The notes beneath the pieces were generated by a model. The model saw only the letters and a program-made list of their open reading frames with translations. It was not told the DNA's origin and searched no databases. DNA of 64,000 nt, taken from Utricularia gibba. Taxonomy: Eukaryota; Plantae; Magnoliophyta. The translations under genes were made by a program, and so were the position numbers. This document shows, piece by piece, positions 34,840-49,100 of this stretch. The stretch spans positions 310,001 to 374,000 of the forward strand of contig NEEC01000030.1 of NCBI GenBank assembly GCA_002189035.1, in the 5' to 3' direction. How positions within the stretch are numbered: the stretch's first letter is position 1; the number at the start of each line of letters is the position of its first letter.

Positions 34840-37800
34840 TCTTGTACCTTGGTTTCTCCAAAGTGAATTGCTGCTTACTTGGGGTGAACCCAAGCCCAGG
34901 ATGTTTCCTAGTTTACGGGTTTTTATATTTTTTCCGGTTCATAACAGCACCTGACATGCTAGGGGTTTGTGATACACTTATTTTCTACACCAATAGCTTC
35001 TCTGTGTTTTAGCAGTAACTAGTTGTATGTTGGAGTTGATAGGAGGAGTTGTTCCTAAACTTCATTTTGGAGAATTGCTCTCATATGTAGTTGTAGAAAC
35101 TCCAAGGGAAGTAGGTAGTTCTTCTTCAATCCAGTTGCAAAGAGAAAAGGATATCCTCTTTTTGCCTCAAACCTCACACAACAGGAGGGATTTAGCATTG
35201 GAAATATGATGCAAATAGGTAGGAAGTTTGGAACAGAACAACATACAATAATTCAAGGGGCATAAGAAACAGCCACCCAAATGATAATAACAAAAAGACT
35301 CAATAAATCCAAACTATGTCCCAACGCACTAGAATCTAAATAGAAACTAGTACACGAATCAACTTCTAGGATCGATTTGCGAAGAGGTCAATAGGAATGG
35401 CCAGAAAATAGTAGCAAAACACATAAATCAGCGTAGGCTGCCATGAGTACATTGCAGAACACCAATGTGCCCAAGAATAATGGACTCTTGACCTTTTGCT
35501 GTTAGTCATACAGTCTTGAAACAAGAAAACAAATCAATGGAAGCACTCTTTCTAAATCTCTCTACTAGGAGATTCAAGAGAAGGAGAAATACCAAATTCT
35601 CAAAAGGTAAATACCTCCCTTTCACGTGTGCTTCCCTTAGGTTAAATCAGTTATCATGGGCTTTATATATGAGGCTATGTCCCAAATCCATGGCCCACAT
35701 AAAAATATCTGATTGAAATGTACAATAGAGAAATTCACAAATCATTCACTTCATTCTCTGTATGAGAGAAGTTCAAGAGCTTAATTGAGCCCATCCATTT
35801 CATTCCATCGTAATCGCAGTCTCTCCATCTCTACATTTCATCAACTATTGTGAGGACCTGGCTCTACATTGCTGGCTTTCCATAGCATCTCCTTGTGCCA
35901 ATATCACAATCTCTGAAATACAAAGAAGAATCAAAACCCACAAGCGAATATCACTTTCAAGGAAAAATATAAGAAAGAAAAGCAATAAATCACTGAACTC
36001 AGTTGTTGTCTAAGATGAGATGGGGGATGCCTTGGGACTCCTAGCACTAGCATGCAAATTACTACAACTATCTCATGTAAACCATAAACCATTCACCTAA
36101 CAAACAAAGTATTAAATCTACCCAAACCCTTGTTTTCCCTAATTTTTTGTCTATCTCTAATTAAGATTGCTCTAGTGAGCTTCACTATTTCCCCCTCTTC
36201 GATCTATACTAATTTGTTTAGGAAATAATATGATGATGTGGTAAATGTGTTTTAGTGAACAATAAACATATTAACCCCTCTTACCCGAAGGCACTCATAG
36301 GTGCTTAGCTACTCATACTAAAGGAAAATGAAACACTTTCATAACATAACATGAAAACCATCTTCATTCCACAACTTAACAGCAAGAAAAAAAAAACAAC
36401 AAAATAAGCAGTAAATGGAATCATAAATAGTTGGATGAAAAAGCCAAAACTAATCTCAACTAGAAGTAATGTTCTTCATAAGCAAAAGAAGTCTGCAAAA
36501 GAGGGCTTTGTTTCTGGTTTGTCTTCTTCATTCTTTCTGTAAGTTTTTCCCCAATCTCTCCTACAGAAGTTTGTGGCATGTTGTTCAAGGTGATGGAGAT
36601 ATTTTTTCTCCCTCTCATTATGTCCAAGATCCATTTTTTTCTCTCCTTGGATTTTGGTGTACTTTCATTTAGCTTGGTCTTCCTTTTGGAGAAATCGCCT
36701 TCATCTTCCTTCTTTCGTGCTCTTCCTCCCCCTCCTGGAGTCTGGTCGTGTTCTCTTCCTTTTCTCCCTCCAAAAATATCTCCCTTTCTTTTCTTTTCAT
36801 TTTCCAAGGGTAGTACACTGTTCCTGGCCTGAATCTACAGACTGTAGGTGACTGAATATTAATCATGTCTCTTCCTTGTGTTTTGTACCCAATCGAATTA
36901 TGCTCATAAACTAGCTAAATATGATCCATAATGCTACTACTAACACTTGAAAGAATATTAGAAATCATAGTATAGACTAAATCAACGATTTAATCTATAT
37001 TATGCATAAAAATACAAATAACACTACAATAACAAAATATTAAAAATCATAATTAAAACACCTAATTTTATCATTACACATATCAATTTTATAACTTAAA
37101 AACACTAATGAAATGTGGGTTATGAAAGCACCAGCTCCTTGTGATTAATCCCGAAATCTACTATACAAGTTTTCTAAATTTATATTTTGTGTAGATTAGA
37201 GGTTATAAATTTATTTGATGCGAAAATTTGATTTTATTGCAACGATACAAAAATTTTCGTTCATCAATATACATTAGGCAAAACAGTCCATATTGCTATG
37301 CCTGTCTCAAAACCAATTACAAGAGGCCATGATGGATCAGAGATAGTTCCGATGATCCAAATTTAGAGGAGCCTATCAGCAAACGCCATTTCTTAAATTC
37401 TTCTATCTCTATGATTAGTGATGTGTCAACTTAGTTGATTGTAACAAAATAAAGTGTGGTGGTGGGTTAATCTCTCGTGTGATGTGTTTGTAAAGATTTT
37501 GGTTTCATGACAATTGATATTTATTTACTACAGATTTTATCTTGGTTATCAATAGTTTAGCATATGTTTAAATGTTATATTATTTCTAGACTCAGGAAAA
37601 GAGGATATAGAGTAAGCATTTGGGATGACAGCAAGGGAATGAGTTAGAGTTAGTGGGATTTTAAGGATGGTGTGTAAGGTTGGCCAATGAATGGCTCACA
37701 TTTTTCACATTTGAAGCAGTGCATTTTTATCAAATAGAGGAAAGAAAATGACGGATTATAGCAGAAATTTTAGATGAGCATTTAGGCAATGTTAAAAGGG

Positions 37801-38760
37801 AAATTCAGTTTAGATGGGAATAATGCGTCAGAAAAATCTTTGTCTTCAGGTGTTTGCTTTTGGTCGCTTCTGATTCAGAATTGGTTTCGATCAAAGATAG
37901 TGTAAGTGGGAGGATTGCTATTATTTAGGTTGACTTGCCTGTTAGAGTCACTTCATGAGACAGGTTTTTGATTCGTAATGTTTTAATTTTTCTGTTTCAA
38001 ATGGCTTCGAATTGGGTTAATTGATGTGCATGAACATTATATTCTTGAATGTAGTTTCTGAAACGTTTTAGTTTTCTCAAAAACTCCAACATGTGTAAAA
38101 GTTATTATTTTTACAAGCGAAGCTACTCGAGGTTATGACCTGTTTTATGAAATTATTTTTTGAGTCCCAATAAAAAATTCTTATCTTTTTATTGAGAGTT
38201 TTATTTTATGTGTTTTCATTTTTGAATGAAAGCTTTTCTTGTTGGCTATGAAATGATACATGATTCATGATTTTTGAGCAAGGTTCTTGGGAGATATACA
38301 TTTTTTTCGCTATGTGTATGAACTGTTCTATATGTTGTTTTGTTTACGTATAAGAGGCGAGGTAGTGTGGACACATACTCTTGGAAACCTGGCTTTGCCA
38401 AGGGATTCATGCTAAAGATTCACACATGTCTGAGGTATCATTTCAGTAGATTTGGTTGGCCTCAAATATGAGATAGCAACAAAGTAACAGACGTCACTCA
38501 AGGGTGACAGAGGCTTAAGCTTATGATGGTTTGGCTTTTGGGTGACTCCTTTGGTTGAACTGCTACAAATGAGAGCATAGATAGTTCTACTCATGCTCCT
38601 ATAGTAAGAATAATACCTAAGTTCGAGAGGGGATGTGCAAAGTTAAATTTAAGGGACTCACTATATGCTTATTCTTGTACATATCATTGTTAATGGTTTT
38701 TCTTGTTTTCTTATCAACAATCCAAAATACTTTTTACTCGGTTATTTTATCTATTTCAGG
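34840..38760. repeat. Mixed degenerate Athila-type LTR remnants
   Basis: 36015-36140 is homologous to 60980-61150 (gatgccttgggactcctag); LTR-like termini at 37085 and ~37265; no credible ORFs. Confidence 0.4.
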
Positions 38761-38910
38761 TGAAAGGGGGTGAGGAGTAAAGCTTGTGATCAACCAAGTC
38801 TCCTAAGGCCTAGTTAGTATCCAAGGAGTGGCCTAGTTAGTATCCAAGCCACTCCAGTGGTAGTTAAGTTGTCTATAACTAGCTTAGGTTATGTTTTGTT
38901 GTGATGATAT

Positions 38911-39085
38911 TGTTAGAATACATAATACCACATCGGAAAATGAAAGTGGAATAGTCTAGTATATAAGAAACTACATATCACAAGTAATTGGTTGGACCTA
39001 ATCTTTTCTATTATGATTCACGTTTCTTGTGTACTTGGGCTTCACGTGTGCGTTCGCCTGACCCATCGGATCCCGAATTTCAACA
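38911..39085 (+). mobile_element. Short solo LTR (175 bp), TRIM- or copia-type
   Basis: tgttagaata...ccacatcgg...ttcaaCA with perfect TSD gatat/gatat. Confidence 0.8.
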
Positions 39086-39389
39086 GATATATGGTCTTAT
39101 TTATACTCTGTATGGCTTAGGGAAAATTGTTAAATCACGTGTACCTTAGCTAGATTCTTTTGTGGTCGTAGTGTTATGGTAGCAATGGTTGAGCAATGTT
39201 TCTCCTGATTTTGCTTCGCATTGCTAGTTTGCTTTTCTTACATAATAACCAATAAAAAATAGCTTAGATAAAAAATTGAAATGTTATGTTTCTTTTCGTT
39301 CTAAGAAAGGTTCATGCTTGGAATTTTTAGAATCCTATGCCTTGAGTTTTGCCTTATAAAATTAAAACTCAGTGGTCTCACCTCGTATT

Positions 39390-40470
39390 TTGGAGCCTTG
39401 AATACGGGTCATGACAGGTTTTCAACGAGTCCAATTGTCATTTCTTTCAATAAATGGAAATTCTTGTGGGTAAGTTTGACGGTAATGAAGTTGGCAATGT
39501 CGATCCTTCTCCACTCACCATTGTAGTTGTGTGGACTGTGGATGAAGGCAGAAGTGTGAATAAACGTATGAAAAAAAAAAATGATAGAACAAGTAAAAAA
39601 AAATACTTTGATACTAATAAGAAAAAGAATTGAGAGAAATAATAGCAATGTTATGTGCAACATGGGTTCCAAGCCACAATGATTCATCATATGAAAATGA
39701 ATACTAAGAGTAGAATAAATAGAGGGCAAATGCGAAACTAATGCCTAAAAAGGTGTCTTCAATTTGTATAAAATCTTCTTTTTAAGTCTTGGATTATTGT
39801 GGTAATGAGACTATCACTCCTCTGAATCAGGTAATGTTGAAATATTATCAAATTTTCCATCTTTAACATTGATAGATCCATCTTGTTATCTCTCTAAACC
39901 TGATTTCCTTTTTCTTCCTTACTACTTCAATGACCTTTTTCTTCAACACGAGGAACTGTGTAAGACCTTGTTGTTGACTCCCCTTCTTGAAAATCTATTG
40001 TAAGAACATGTCTAAAATCAGTCACTGATTCTATTGAGATCCAAAAAAGGAGTAGGATGAGCAGTCATAATTTGATTATTGAGACAGTTGTGAGATCCTC
40101 GGATCCAATCAAAAATTGTTGTCATCGATCAACGTTTTCTCTAATTCGTAGATGCTCCCCCAAATCTCATCGGATGAAAAGAGAGAAGACATAGAGCATC
40201 CAACTCATTCCAAATCTTGTTTAGTTTAGAGAAGTAAACCATGATTGGGTCATCTTTCTATGAAAGAGACTTTAGTTCACCACGAAGGTGAAATTTTGAA
40301 GCTTTAAAGAAGCACGAAATCGACATTCGATTTCAATCCCCATGTTGGGTGCATCAGAAGAAAAAACAAAAGAATCGGAAATCTCTAGCTCAATAGAATT
40401 TAGAATCTATTTCATCATTGATAATGTGCTCTTTTTTAGTCCTGTTGCAATTTGGCGGAAGCTTGCCAAG
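39390..40470 (-). mobile_element. Copia gag fragments
   Basis: IANFITVKLTHKNFHLLKE (39390-39540); ILNSIELEISDSFVFSS and LRGELKSLS*..IMVYFSKLNKIWNELDAL...QQFLIG (40030-40470). Confidence 0.6.
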
Positions 40471-40690
40471 TGCTCATGGGCTGTCATCGTCTCCAATTTG
40501 CCGTCAGGTATTGGTTTGGGACCCTAAACAGGGGCTGCTTCCATTGTTTCGATACGACCCAGCAAATCGCAGCAATTCAAAACAGATCAGCACAATCGCT
40601 GACTACGCGAGGTAGTTCTGGCCATTAAATGGTTGGAAACAAGGGAAGGAGAAGAATTGGATGCCATTTGAGTAGTAGCTCTAACACCAT

Positions 40691-40714
40691 GAAGAAGAAG
40701 AAGAAGAAGAAGAA
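40691..40714. repeat. (GAA)8 microsatellite
   Basis: Read directly. Confidence 0.95.
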
Positions 40715-41264
40715 GAGGAAGAGAGAGTGTTGGACAAAAGTGTGTTGCATTCAACCCATATGGCGGAAGGGAATTACCATATACAAGCTATACAAATTAT
40801 CAAAAAAGATGAGTGCATGGAAAGAAATTTTTTCAACAAGCTCTCTGGCATGAGCATGCCGGAGGGAGAGTCAGCATGGCGCGCTTATGCTATTTTCTTT
40901 CTTTTATTTTTGAAACACATACTGACAATTATTCTTTTTTTTTTAGAGTGATTATTGGATAATTGGAAACACGACATGGCAAGCAATAGAGTAAAAATCA
41001 GTGTGAAATAACTTGATCGGTAAAGATGAAGAATAAGGAACAAATGAAATGAGTGTAATCAATCATCCAATCTCCCTCGGTTCAGTCACCACCCAGCAAA
41101 AATACCAGAAGCGGCGAAGCCCCATATTTTGTGCCCTTGAAGTATCTCCGGCGAGCATCGGATAGTCGAGGAGGAATGCGCACCTCGAAAAGCCGGAACG
41201 TCTGGGCATGAGGCTTTCTTTGGTAAAGAATCAAGAAACAATGAATCGCCACCACCACCAGCCC

Positions 41265-44200
41265 TTACTCTAAACCTCTTGAACTCCGCCCCAATTCCCG
41301 CTGACCTTCTGGTGGCTCGGGAAAAATCTCATTAGAATGCCGTCTGGATGATGAACGACCGTTTCCGCTTTCATGTGAGCCGGGTCCCTGGAAGCTGCCT
41401 CCTCCTCCACCTTCTATTCGGAGGGAGGTAGAGGCAGCTGCAGGAGGAGGAGGAGCGACATCGGAAGAGCTGCGTCGCCAACTGCCAAAGAGTACTGCGT
41501 TCCAAGAGCTTCTGGAGGATGTTGCTCTGAGCCTTGCGGAGTTACTGCTTTCTTTGTCTTCCCTTACAACCTTAAGAGGGTTCTCCAACGCTTTAAGAAT
41601 GTATCTCATGAGGGGGCGTCGATTCGCCCTAGGATTCAGACAAGACCGAGCCACGATCGCCATTGCCCAGACCTCCTCCAGATGATCCTCATCTATGATC
41701 AACGACGGATCGAGGATGTTTGACACGAGGTCCTTGTCGTAAATGCTGATGTTCGGCAGTATCTCCTCCAAGAAATCCTTCACAACAGAATCAGTGGATG
41801 AGCTGATCCCGATCTTTCCTGTTACCAGCTCTAGTAGAACTTTTCCGAAGCAGAACACATCATAAGCACATGTTGCATTATTGTTCCCTGAAAAACATGA
41901 TAGAAGCAGCAAAAGGGGTTATTAGTCTGAATCAAAGGCGCCAACTTTCAAGAGCAAAACTGACAGATGCAACCACTAGATTTCCGAGATGCCGTGGATT
42001 TGATATACCTGAAGCACCCGGCTCTGGTGCCCTGCATAAAAAGAGCATTTAAGTGAGACTTTTGTATACCCGCAGAAAAGCCAGGTCTTTTTTCAAGCAC
42101 GAAATGCGGCACCACATGATGTTCAGAATGTGGAACCGAATACTCACTGTGGAAGCCGCAGCAACCTTGTGAACATCCTTTGATAAGTATCACCCTCCTG
42201 ATAACAAACCTCACTCAAGCTTCCTAATCGTACTTCATATTTATCATCAAGAAGTATGCTGCTTGCTTGAATATCCCTTGATGCGCGAAAAACGGCAAAC
42301 AGAAAAAAATCAGAATGATAAAAGCGTAGCCGTGTTCTGCTGTAATGTAAACAGGGCTATGGTTATAGGCACAATCCGAGATAAAAGGAAATAAGTATTA
42401 TCTGTTGACACCAAAGGAATTTTCGGGTGCAATCTTGAAGCAATCTACAAACCTGTGAACAAGTGGTGGGCTGCACTCATGGTGCAAGTAGGATAGAGCC
42501 TCTGCAGCTCCAATGGCAATTTTGAGCCTAGTGATCCAGTCGAGCGACTGTAAACCGTCATCTCCAGCCTTTGTTTTCTTGAACAAAGAACTAGCAAGAT
42601 CCCCATATGGCATTTGTTTGTAAACAATAAATTTTTCATTCTCATTCTCTAAGCAATGCCCCAGGAGAGGGACCAATCTAGGATGGGAAACCTTGCTGAG
42701 AATTTCCAACTCTAGCTTGTAACCTTCCTTTTTGGCTGATGACTGCAAATCAGTCCTTTTGATTATTACCGGAATCCCGCTAATGAGCTTTCCAGTAAAG
42801 AGATCGCCCGAATGCCCATGCTTGATAAGATTCAAATCATTCAGTTCTCCTGTGGCTTGAAGAATCTGCTGATATGTGAATGCATCTCCAAGGGTAGAAA
42901 GGTCAAGTGATACTCTGAGACCAGGCGAACTACCAGAAGGTACAGGCTCCAGATCATTAACTCCGGTAATAGCTTTTTCTTTGCTCTTGGACAGCAAAGC
43001 TATGATGATTAGCGGAAGTACAATAAGAACAACGCCTCCTAATACAGACGCTAAAATGATAGGTTTTCTTCGGTCATTCCAGAAGGTTGAACGCCTTGCA
43101 CCCAAAGCCACTCCAAAATTATCAAACACAAGGCGCCTTTCAGCATAAAATGTGGAGCAATCTAAAGCACTCCTCTGATCTGTCAAATTTCTGAGACAAT
43201 TCCCGGATAATGATGCATTGCCATTTGCACTAATGGGAACTATGCCTTGAAAGTAATTCCTTGACAAGTCAATAAATGCGAAACTCCCTATTAAAGGTGT
43301 CAGATTTCCATATAACGAATTACCGGAAAGATTAAAGAAGCCTGTGCGCAGATTAGCGTTTGAGCTCATGTTGGGCAGCAGGCCAGTGAAATTGTTTGAT
43401 GATCCATCAAGGAACTGTAACAATGGCATTGACCACAAGATATTTGGAATAATTCCACTTAAATTGTTATGACTCATGACCAGGAACTGCAACTGAGTCA
43501 AAGGCTCAAATATACTGTCCTGTAGCAACCCTGAAAGCAAATTGTTTCCTATGTGCAATCTCCGCAAGTTTCTCAAGCCTGCCAATTCAGGAGGTACAGA
43601 TCCGGAAAATGTATTAAATCCAAGATCAAGTTCAACCAAACTGTGAAGGCCACCAAGTGATGCAGGAATGGTGGATGAAAAACTGTTCCCTGAAAAATTC
43701 AATGACTGCAACCTCGGCAAAGACCCCAAGCTGGGAACAATCTCATCAGATAAGAAATTCATGGACATATCTAACACTGTAAGATTGAAAAGACTGCTGA
43801 ATGTTTCTGGAATAGAGCCAGTAAGAAAATTCCGCGAAAGATCAAGCACAGAAACCTGAAACAGCTGGCCTAAACTGGGAGGAATTATGCCAGTAAGATT
43901 GTTGTCAGATAAATATAGTTCAACCAAGCTACTTAAATTGCCAAGAGTGGATGGAATGGGACCATTTATGGAACAAGACCGAAGATCAAGCACTTGAATT
44001 GAAGGAAGCTGCAATCCAAACCATGCAGGAACTTGCCCAGGCAGCAGAAAATGTGAAGCATTGAAGTATGACAAATGCGGCAGATTTCGAAGGGAATCCA
44101 CTGAGAACTGAGGGTTCATCATACCCAACCTCGTTCTCCTGAATCTTGAGATGTTGATCTCAGTAACATTGCCATTTTTGCACTGGATTCCAACCCATGA

Positions 44201-44380
44201 GTTACATGGGTCGGATTTGATGGGCCATTCTCTTCCCCTCAACCCTAATGTAGATCTCAATCGAAGCAAAGCATATCTTTCTTGTCTCGATATCACGAAT
44301 TGCTGCTCCAATGTATGACCAAACAAAAAGCAAAAGAGACTCAGCCACCAGATGAACACTGCCCAGCTCCCCCGATCCAT
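41265..44380 (-). CDS. LRR receptor-like kinase, At2g16250-like (LRR-XIV type), 4 exons, 900 aa, predicted pseudokinase
   Basis: Exons 44380-42453, 42276-42148, 42031-42009 and 41887-41265, GT-AG and in phase. Signal peptide, DPCNSWVGIQC cap, plant LRRs, TM segment (IILASVLGGVVLIVLPLIIIALL), kinase with HRDIQASSILLDD and RLGSLSE. Confidence 0.93.
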
Positions 44381-45281
44381 GTTTCTGCCGCAACTTCATT
44401 GAAACTTCAAGATAAAAAGCAATTCAACCAAGCAACGGCACTTGCTTCCGACCCACATTTGACAAAATTATCCGCTACGACCCAAAAAAGTCATCACCAC
44501 ACCAAATCAGACCACCGAAATCCTTTTTTCCTTACATCAGAATACAAAAAAATTAAAAAAAAAAAAAGTAATCCTCAACTCATTTACTCTTCAACCTCCT
44601 CTTGACAAACAGTGGTTCAATTAACGCGACTGGGAGATGAGCTTTGACTCCAGACTTCTGGACTTGGTAAGAAAGAGAGAGAGATAATGAACGAAATAAA
44701 AAAACGCCTACTGCAGGCTGCACAATGGGCACTAGAGATGATGACGATGGGGTGTGTAATAGAGAAAGCCTTTCAGTTTCTCTCGCGCTCTCTCTCCCCC
44801 CATAAAGCGAACCCTACAGCGTAAAAATAGAAAACCCGAACACGATATTGCCAAAAAGGAAGCTTTTTATCATCTTTCTCCTTCCTCTCCCCAGTTTCTT
44901 TCTCACCATTAAAAAAAACAAAGAAGCAGCCAAAAGCCTTTGCACGGCCGCAAATGGGTCGGGTGTTGGAATTCGGGTTCTGGCTAATGACTGAAAGTGA
45001 TGATGTCGAACTCGCATTTCCCCGACGGAAATCATCGTTGGCCATTAATCATTCCATGCTTAGTAGACCATTGCTCTTTTAAGCCGTCATTCTTTCACAC
45101 AAATATTCAGCTTTGAGGACTACTTTTGTAACCTCGTGTCCAAGTCAAATCTATTTAATGTTTTTTAATATTTTGGCAAATTATACGAATATATTTAGTA
45201 GAATAGTATAATTAATAATGTATTTGAATTATTCATGTATTATGTAGTTAATATTAAAATTTTTTTATACATAAGTTTTGA

Positions 45282-45301
45282 ATATATATATATATATATA
45301 T
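45282..45301. repeat. (AT)10 microsatellite
   Basis: Read directly. Confidence 0.95.
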
Positions 45302-46171
45302 TTAAAATAACATTATGTTTTGTAGATGTATTTAACACTTTATAAATTTTGTTATTTAATAAAATTCATTTAAAAGGTGTATTTTTAAATTAGTTTACCG
45401 AACATACATTATTATTAATACACGAATATTTATACAATTAAATTAATTTATCAAACACCTCCTAAAATTCATAATGAAATCTATTTATATTTTTTAAAAA
45501 AATCTCAATTATCTATACTGGCTTTTAATGTTCACAAACGAGTTTTATACCCTTTTGCGTATTATTTTGTATTATGTGCCATAGTCTTTTCAATTTCGCT
45601 CTCTCAACTTAATTTCACAAATCAGACATGTAATGTATGTGAGTGGGGGCTATATCTTGAGTGAGAATAATAAACCTCCCACCCCTAGGAGGAGGGTGAT
45701 CCCACACGCACAACACAACGCATTTTCATTTTATATCTATTTCAACTTCTCGTATGTAGTTGGGATTGATTTAATAAGCAAGCACGCTCGAAACATGGAT
45801 ATATGCCAATAGTTTTATTACGTTAAGCTCAAGAAATGGAATGCATTAAATATGCTTTTGTGTGTGGCTTTGTCTTATTTCTCTTCTCCTCTCTTGTAGG
45901 GTAGTTCCTTAGTTCCCGTGTGCTTCTTCCCTGAGCAACCCACTCGCCACACCTAAAGGTTGCTCATTGCATGTAGGATTTGAAGCCTCATTGTGCGGCC
46001 ACCACGGAACGATAAGTAGAACAATACTTGGGGCTAAAGTGAAGGGATATCGACTATGGGAAAGAACGTAATCCTACGCAAAGAGCCTTTGTGAAAGAAG
46101 TGTTGACAATCAAGCGATGATCATATAGACGAAATACTATCCTACACCAATTTGGTGTTTCATTTGCTATC

Positions 46172-49100
46172 TGTTGTTTTGTGATTAATGCACACAAACG
46201 AATTTCCAAGTAAAAACCCCACCATGGGAAAACCTCTTGTTAGGCTCGAGGATTTACTATGATTAGATACAACACAACTCAATGCAACCACACAGCATCA
46301 ACCCAGCACCCACTTTTGCTATTGCAAAACTAGTACTTCAGCAGCCACCTAGACAGAATCTGTTGGATTTGACGATTTGCAAAAAAAAAAAAAAAAAGAA
46401 AAAAAAAAGAGAAAGAGCAAGGACTCCTTAGAAGATCAACAAACTCCCTCCAAACATTCTACATCAATGTCGTAGCTAAGAGAATAAGATAACCCAAATA
46501 CATATGCCACGTCCCATACCTATTACACTCATTACATTTATATTTAATGGTCACGTGGACTTCACACAGCAAAATACAAATACTCATAATGATAAAGCAA
46601 TTACTTCCTAATCTTCAGGTTTTGCTTTCAATGTATTTCTTTCACTGATGTATCTTCAATTCTCCACTACGATCTCCATCACTCCCCCCATCGCCGTAGG
46701 CTGTTAAACCTCCAAATTCTTTTCCATCTATCACCCCAATTTGGATCTGAAACCAAGGAATTGGTTTCTCCCTAATGCTTTCATGAGAGGATCTACAATT
46801 TGAGAGTGTCCAGGTATATACTTCACTGAGATTTCTTCTCTTTTAACATAATCTCTAATCACATGGTATCTAATACGGATATGTTTTGCCTTCCCAAAGT
46901 GAGTTGGATCCTTTGCAATCGATATTGTTGCCTTATTGTCAATGCTCAGCGGAGTGTCCTGCATCTATATAAATCCAAGTTACTTAAGAGTTTGCCTCAA
47001 CCAAATACAATGATTCGCTGCTTGAGTTGCTACAATATATTCAGATTTTACAATTGATTGAGCAATCACGTTTTGCCGTTTTGTATACTGGGAAATTGGG
47101 CATTAGTTCAAGAAGATGATGAACCCAAATGCACTTTTTGAATCTTCTGCCATAGCATAATCAGCATCAGAAAAAGCCTTCAATGTAAGTTCTAGACTGT
47201 TGCTTTCTGAAGGATAGAAGATTCCAAAATTCATAGTAGATTTTATGTACCGTAATAATCTCTTGGCTGCTACCATGTGAGTTTGCTTAGGATTTTTCAT
47301 ATACCTGGATAAAACATTTACTGAATAGTAGATATCTGATCTGGTATGTGATAAGTAGATTAGACAACCAACCATACTTCTATACGTATTTACATCAGCA
47401 TCCTTTTCACTGTCATCTTTCGTGAGTTGAAGCTTGTATTCCATTGGTGTTTTGGCAATATTGGCTTATGATAATCCAAATCTTTCCAGCAATTCTCTGT
47501 AATATTTTTTTCTGTGAGGTAAACATTCCTCGATTAGGAATTTGTTCAACTTCCAACCCCAAGTAGAGAATGACTTCACCCAAATCACTCATTTCAAATT
47601 CTTGCATCAGTTGTTTCTTCATTTTATCAAATTCTTCCACATGGTTGGAGGTGAGCAAAATATCATCTACATAGAGACTCAAAATGAAAACCGATGAGTC
47701 AATTTTTTTGTAGTATAGACTGTGATCTCCATGAGTCTTTGAAAAACCAATAACCTTTAGGTATTTGTTAAATCTCTCATTCCAAACTCTAGGAGCTTGC
47801 TTTAGTCCATATAAGGCTCTTTTTAACTTATAAACATGATTTTCCATACCTTCTTGTATGAATCCTTCAGGTTGCTCTACAAATATATCCTCTTCCAAGT
47901 ATCCATTTAAGAATGCAGTTTTGATGTCTAGGTGATGCACTTTCCACTCTTTTACAGAGGCAATAGCCAGCAGTAATTTCACGGAGTCCATTCTTGCCAC
48001 TGGTGCTAAAATGTCTTTGTAGTTCACCCCTTGAACTTGGGAATAACCCTTAGCAACTAGTCTTGCCTTGTAGATATTTATAGATCTATCGGCATTTAGT
48101 TTTGTTTTGTATATCCACTCGAGTCCTATTGGTTTGAAAGTTGCTTCTTTAGGTCTTTCCACCAATTCCCAAGTTCCATTCTTTTCTATTGCTTCAATTT
48201 CCTTTTTCATTGCAATTTTCCATTTTCCATCGTTGATAGCTTAAGTAAAGGATTTTGGGTCATCCCTTCCCATGCACGATAGGATTTCATAGTCCACCTC
48301 ATGATTGATATTGTGTAGATCATTTATTGTTCTTGTTCTTCTGACTGTACGAGCTCTATCTTGGGCTTCTCTGTAGTCCTCATATCCATCATCCTCAGAT
48401 GAAGATCCTGAATAATTATGATAATTAATATTTTCATTATTGACTTCCTCTTGTTCTTCTAATATAGAGTTTCTTGCTCCATTGGCATCAAGACTAGTCT
48501 CATGATTTTCATTATTCAGATTTGCTTCCTCTTCTTCAGATTTATATATAACTTCTTCTTCTCTTTTGGCATTCACATCTGCAGGTAAACAAGAGATTTT
48601 ATTATTCTGCAGGTATAATAAAATCTTTACCTTCATCAAAGATTACATGTTTGCTGACAACAATAGCTCCAGTCTCTGGTAATTAAACTCTATATCCTTT
48701 TGTTACATTGCCATATCCCACAAAGATGCTGCAATTAGATCTTTTATCCAACTTTGCTCTAACTGGGGTGGGAATTAGAACATGACAAAGACTACCAAAT
48801 ATTCGTAAATGAGAATAGTTGGGTTTCTTTTCATGCCATAATTCATATGCTGTCTTTCCAAGGGTAACTTTAGATGGTGCCTATTCAACAAGTAGACTGC
48901 TTTAGCAGTAGCTTCTGCCCAGAAATATTGAGGCAAGTGTTTTTCATATAATAAATATCTTGCCATTTCTAAGACCATTCGATTTTTCCTTTCAGATACT
49001 CCATTTTGTTCTGGAGAATATGGAGCAGTGAGTTCATGTATAATACCTTGATTTTTGCAGAAGGCCTTCATTACATGGGAAAGGTATTTCCCTCCATTAT

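Noticed and set aside
38807-38855. 19-bp direct repeat with a ggagtgg/ccactcc mini-hairpin
   Set aside because: Short local duplication in LTR debris, with no further support for a function.
40418-40951. Coding-looking GC-richer stretch around the GAA repeat
   Set aside because: Partly explained by antisense copia gag; the remaining frames are short, stop-interrupted and match no family I recognise.
44773-45045. Upstream ORF of the RLK as a gene or uORF
   Set aside because: Low-complexity promoter/5' UTR sequence with no homology cues; cannot support conservation without alignment.
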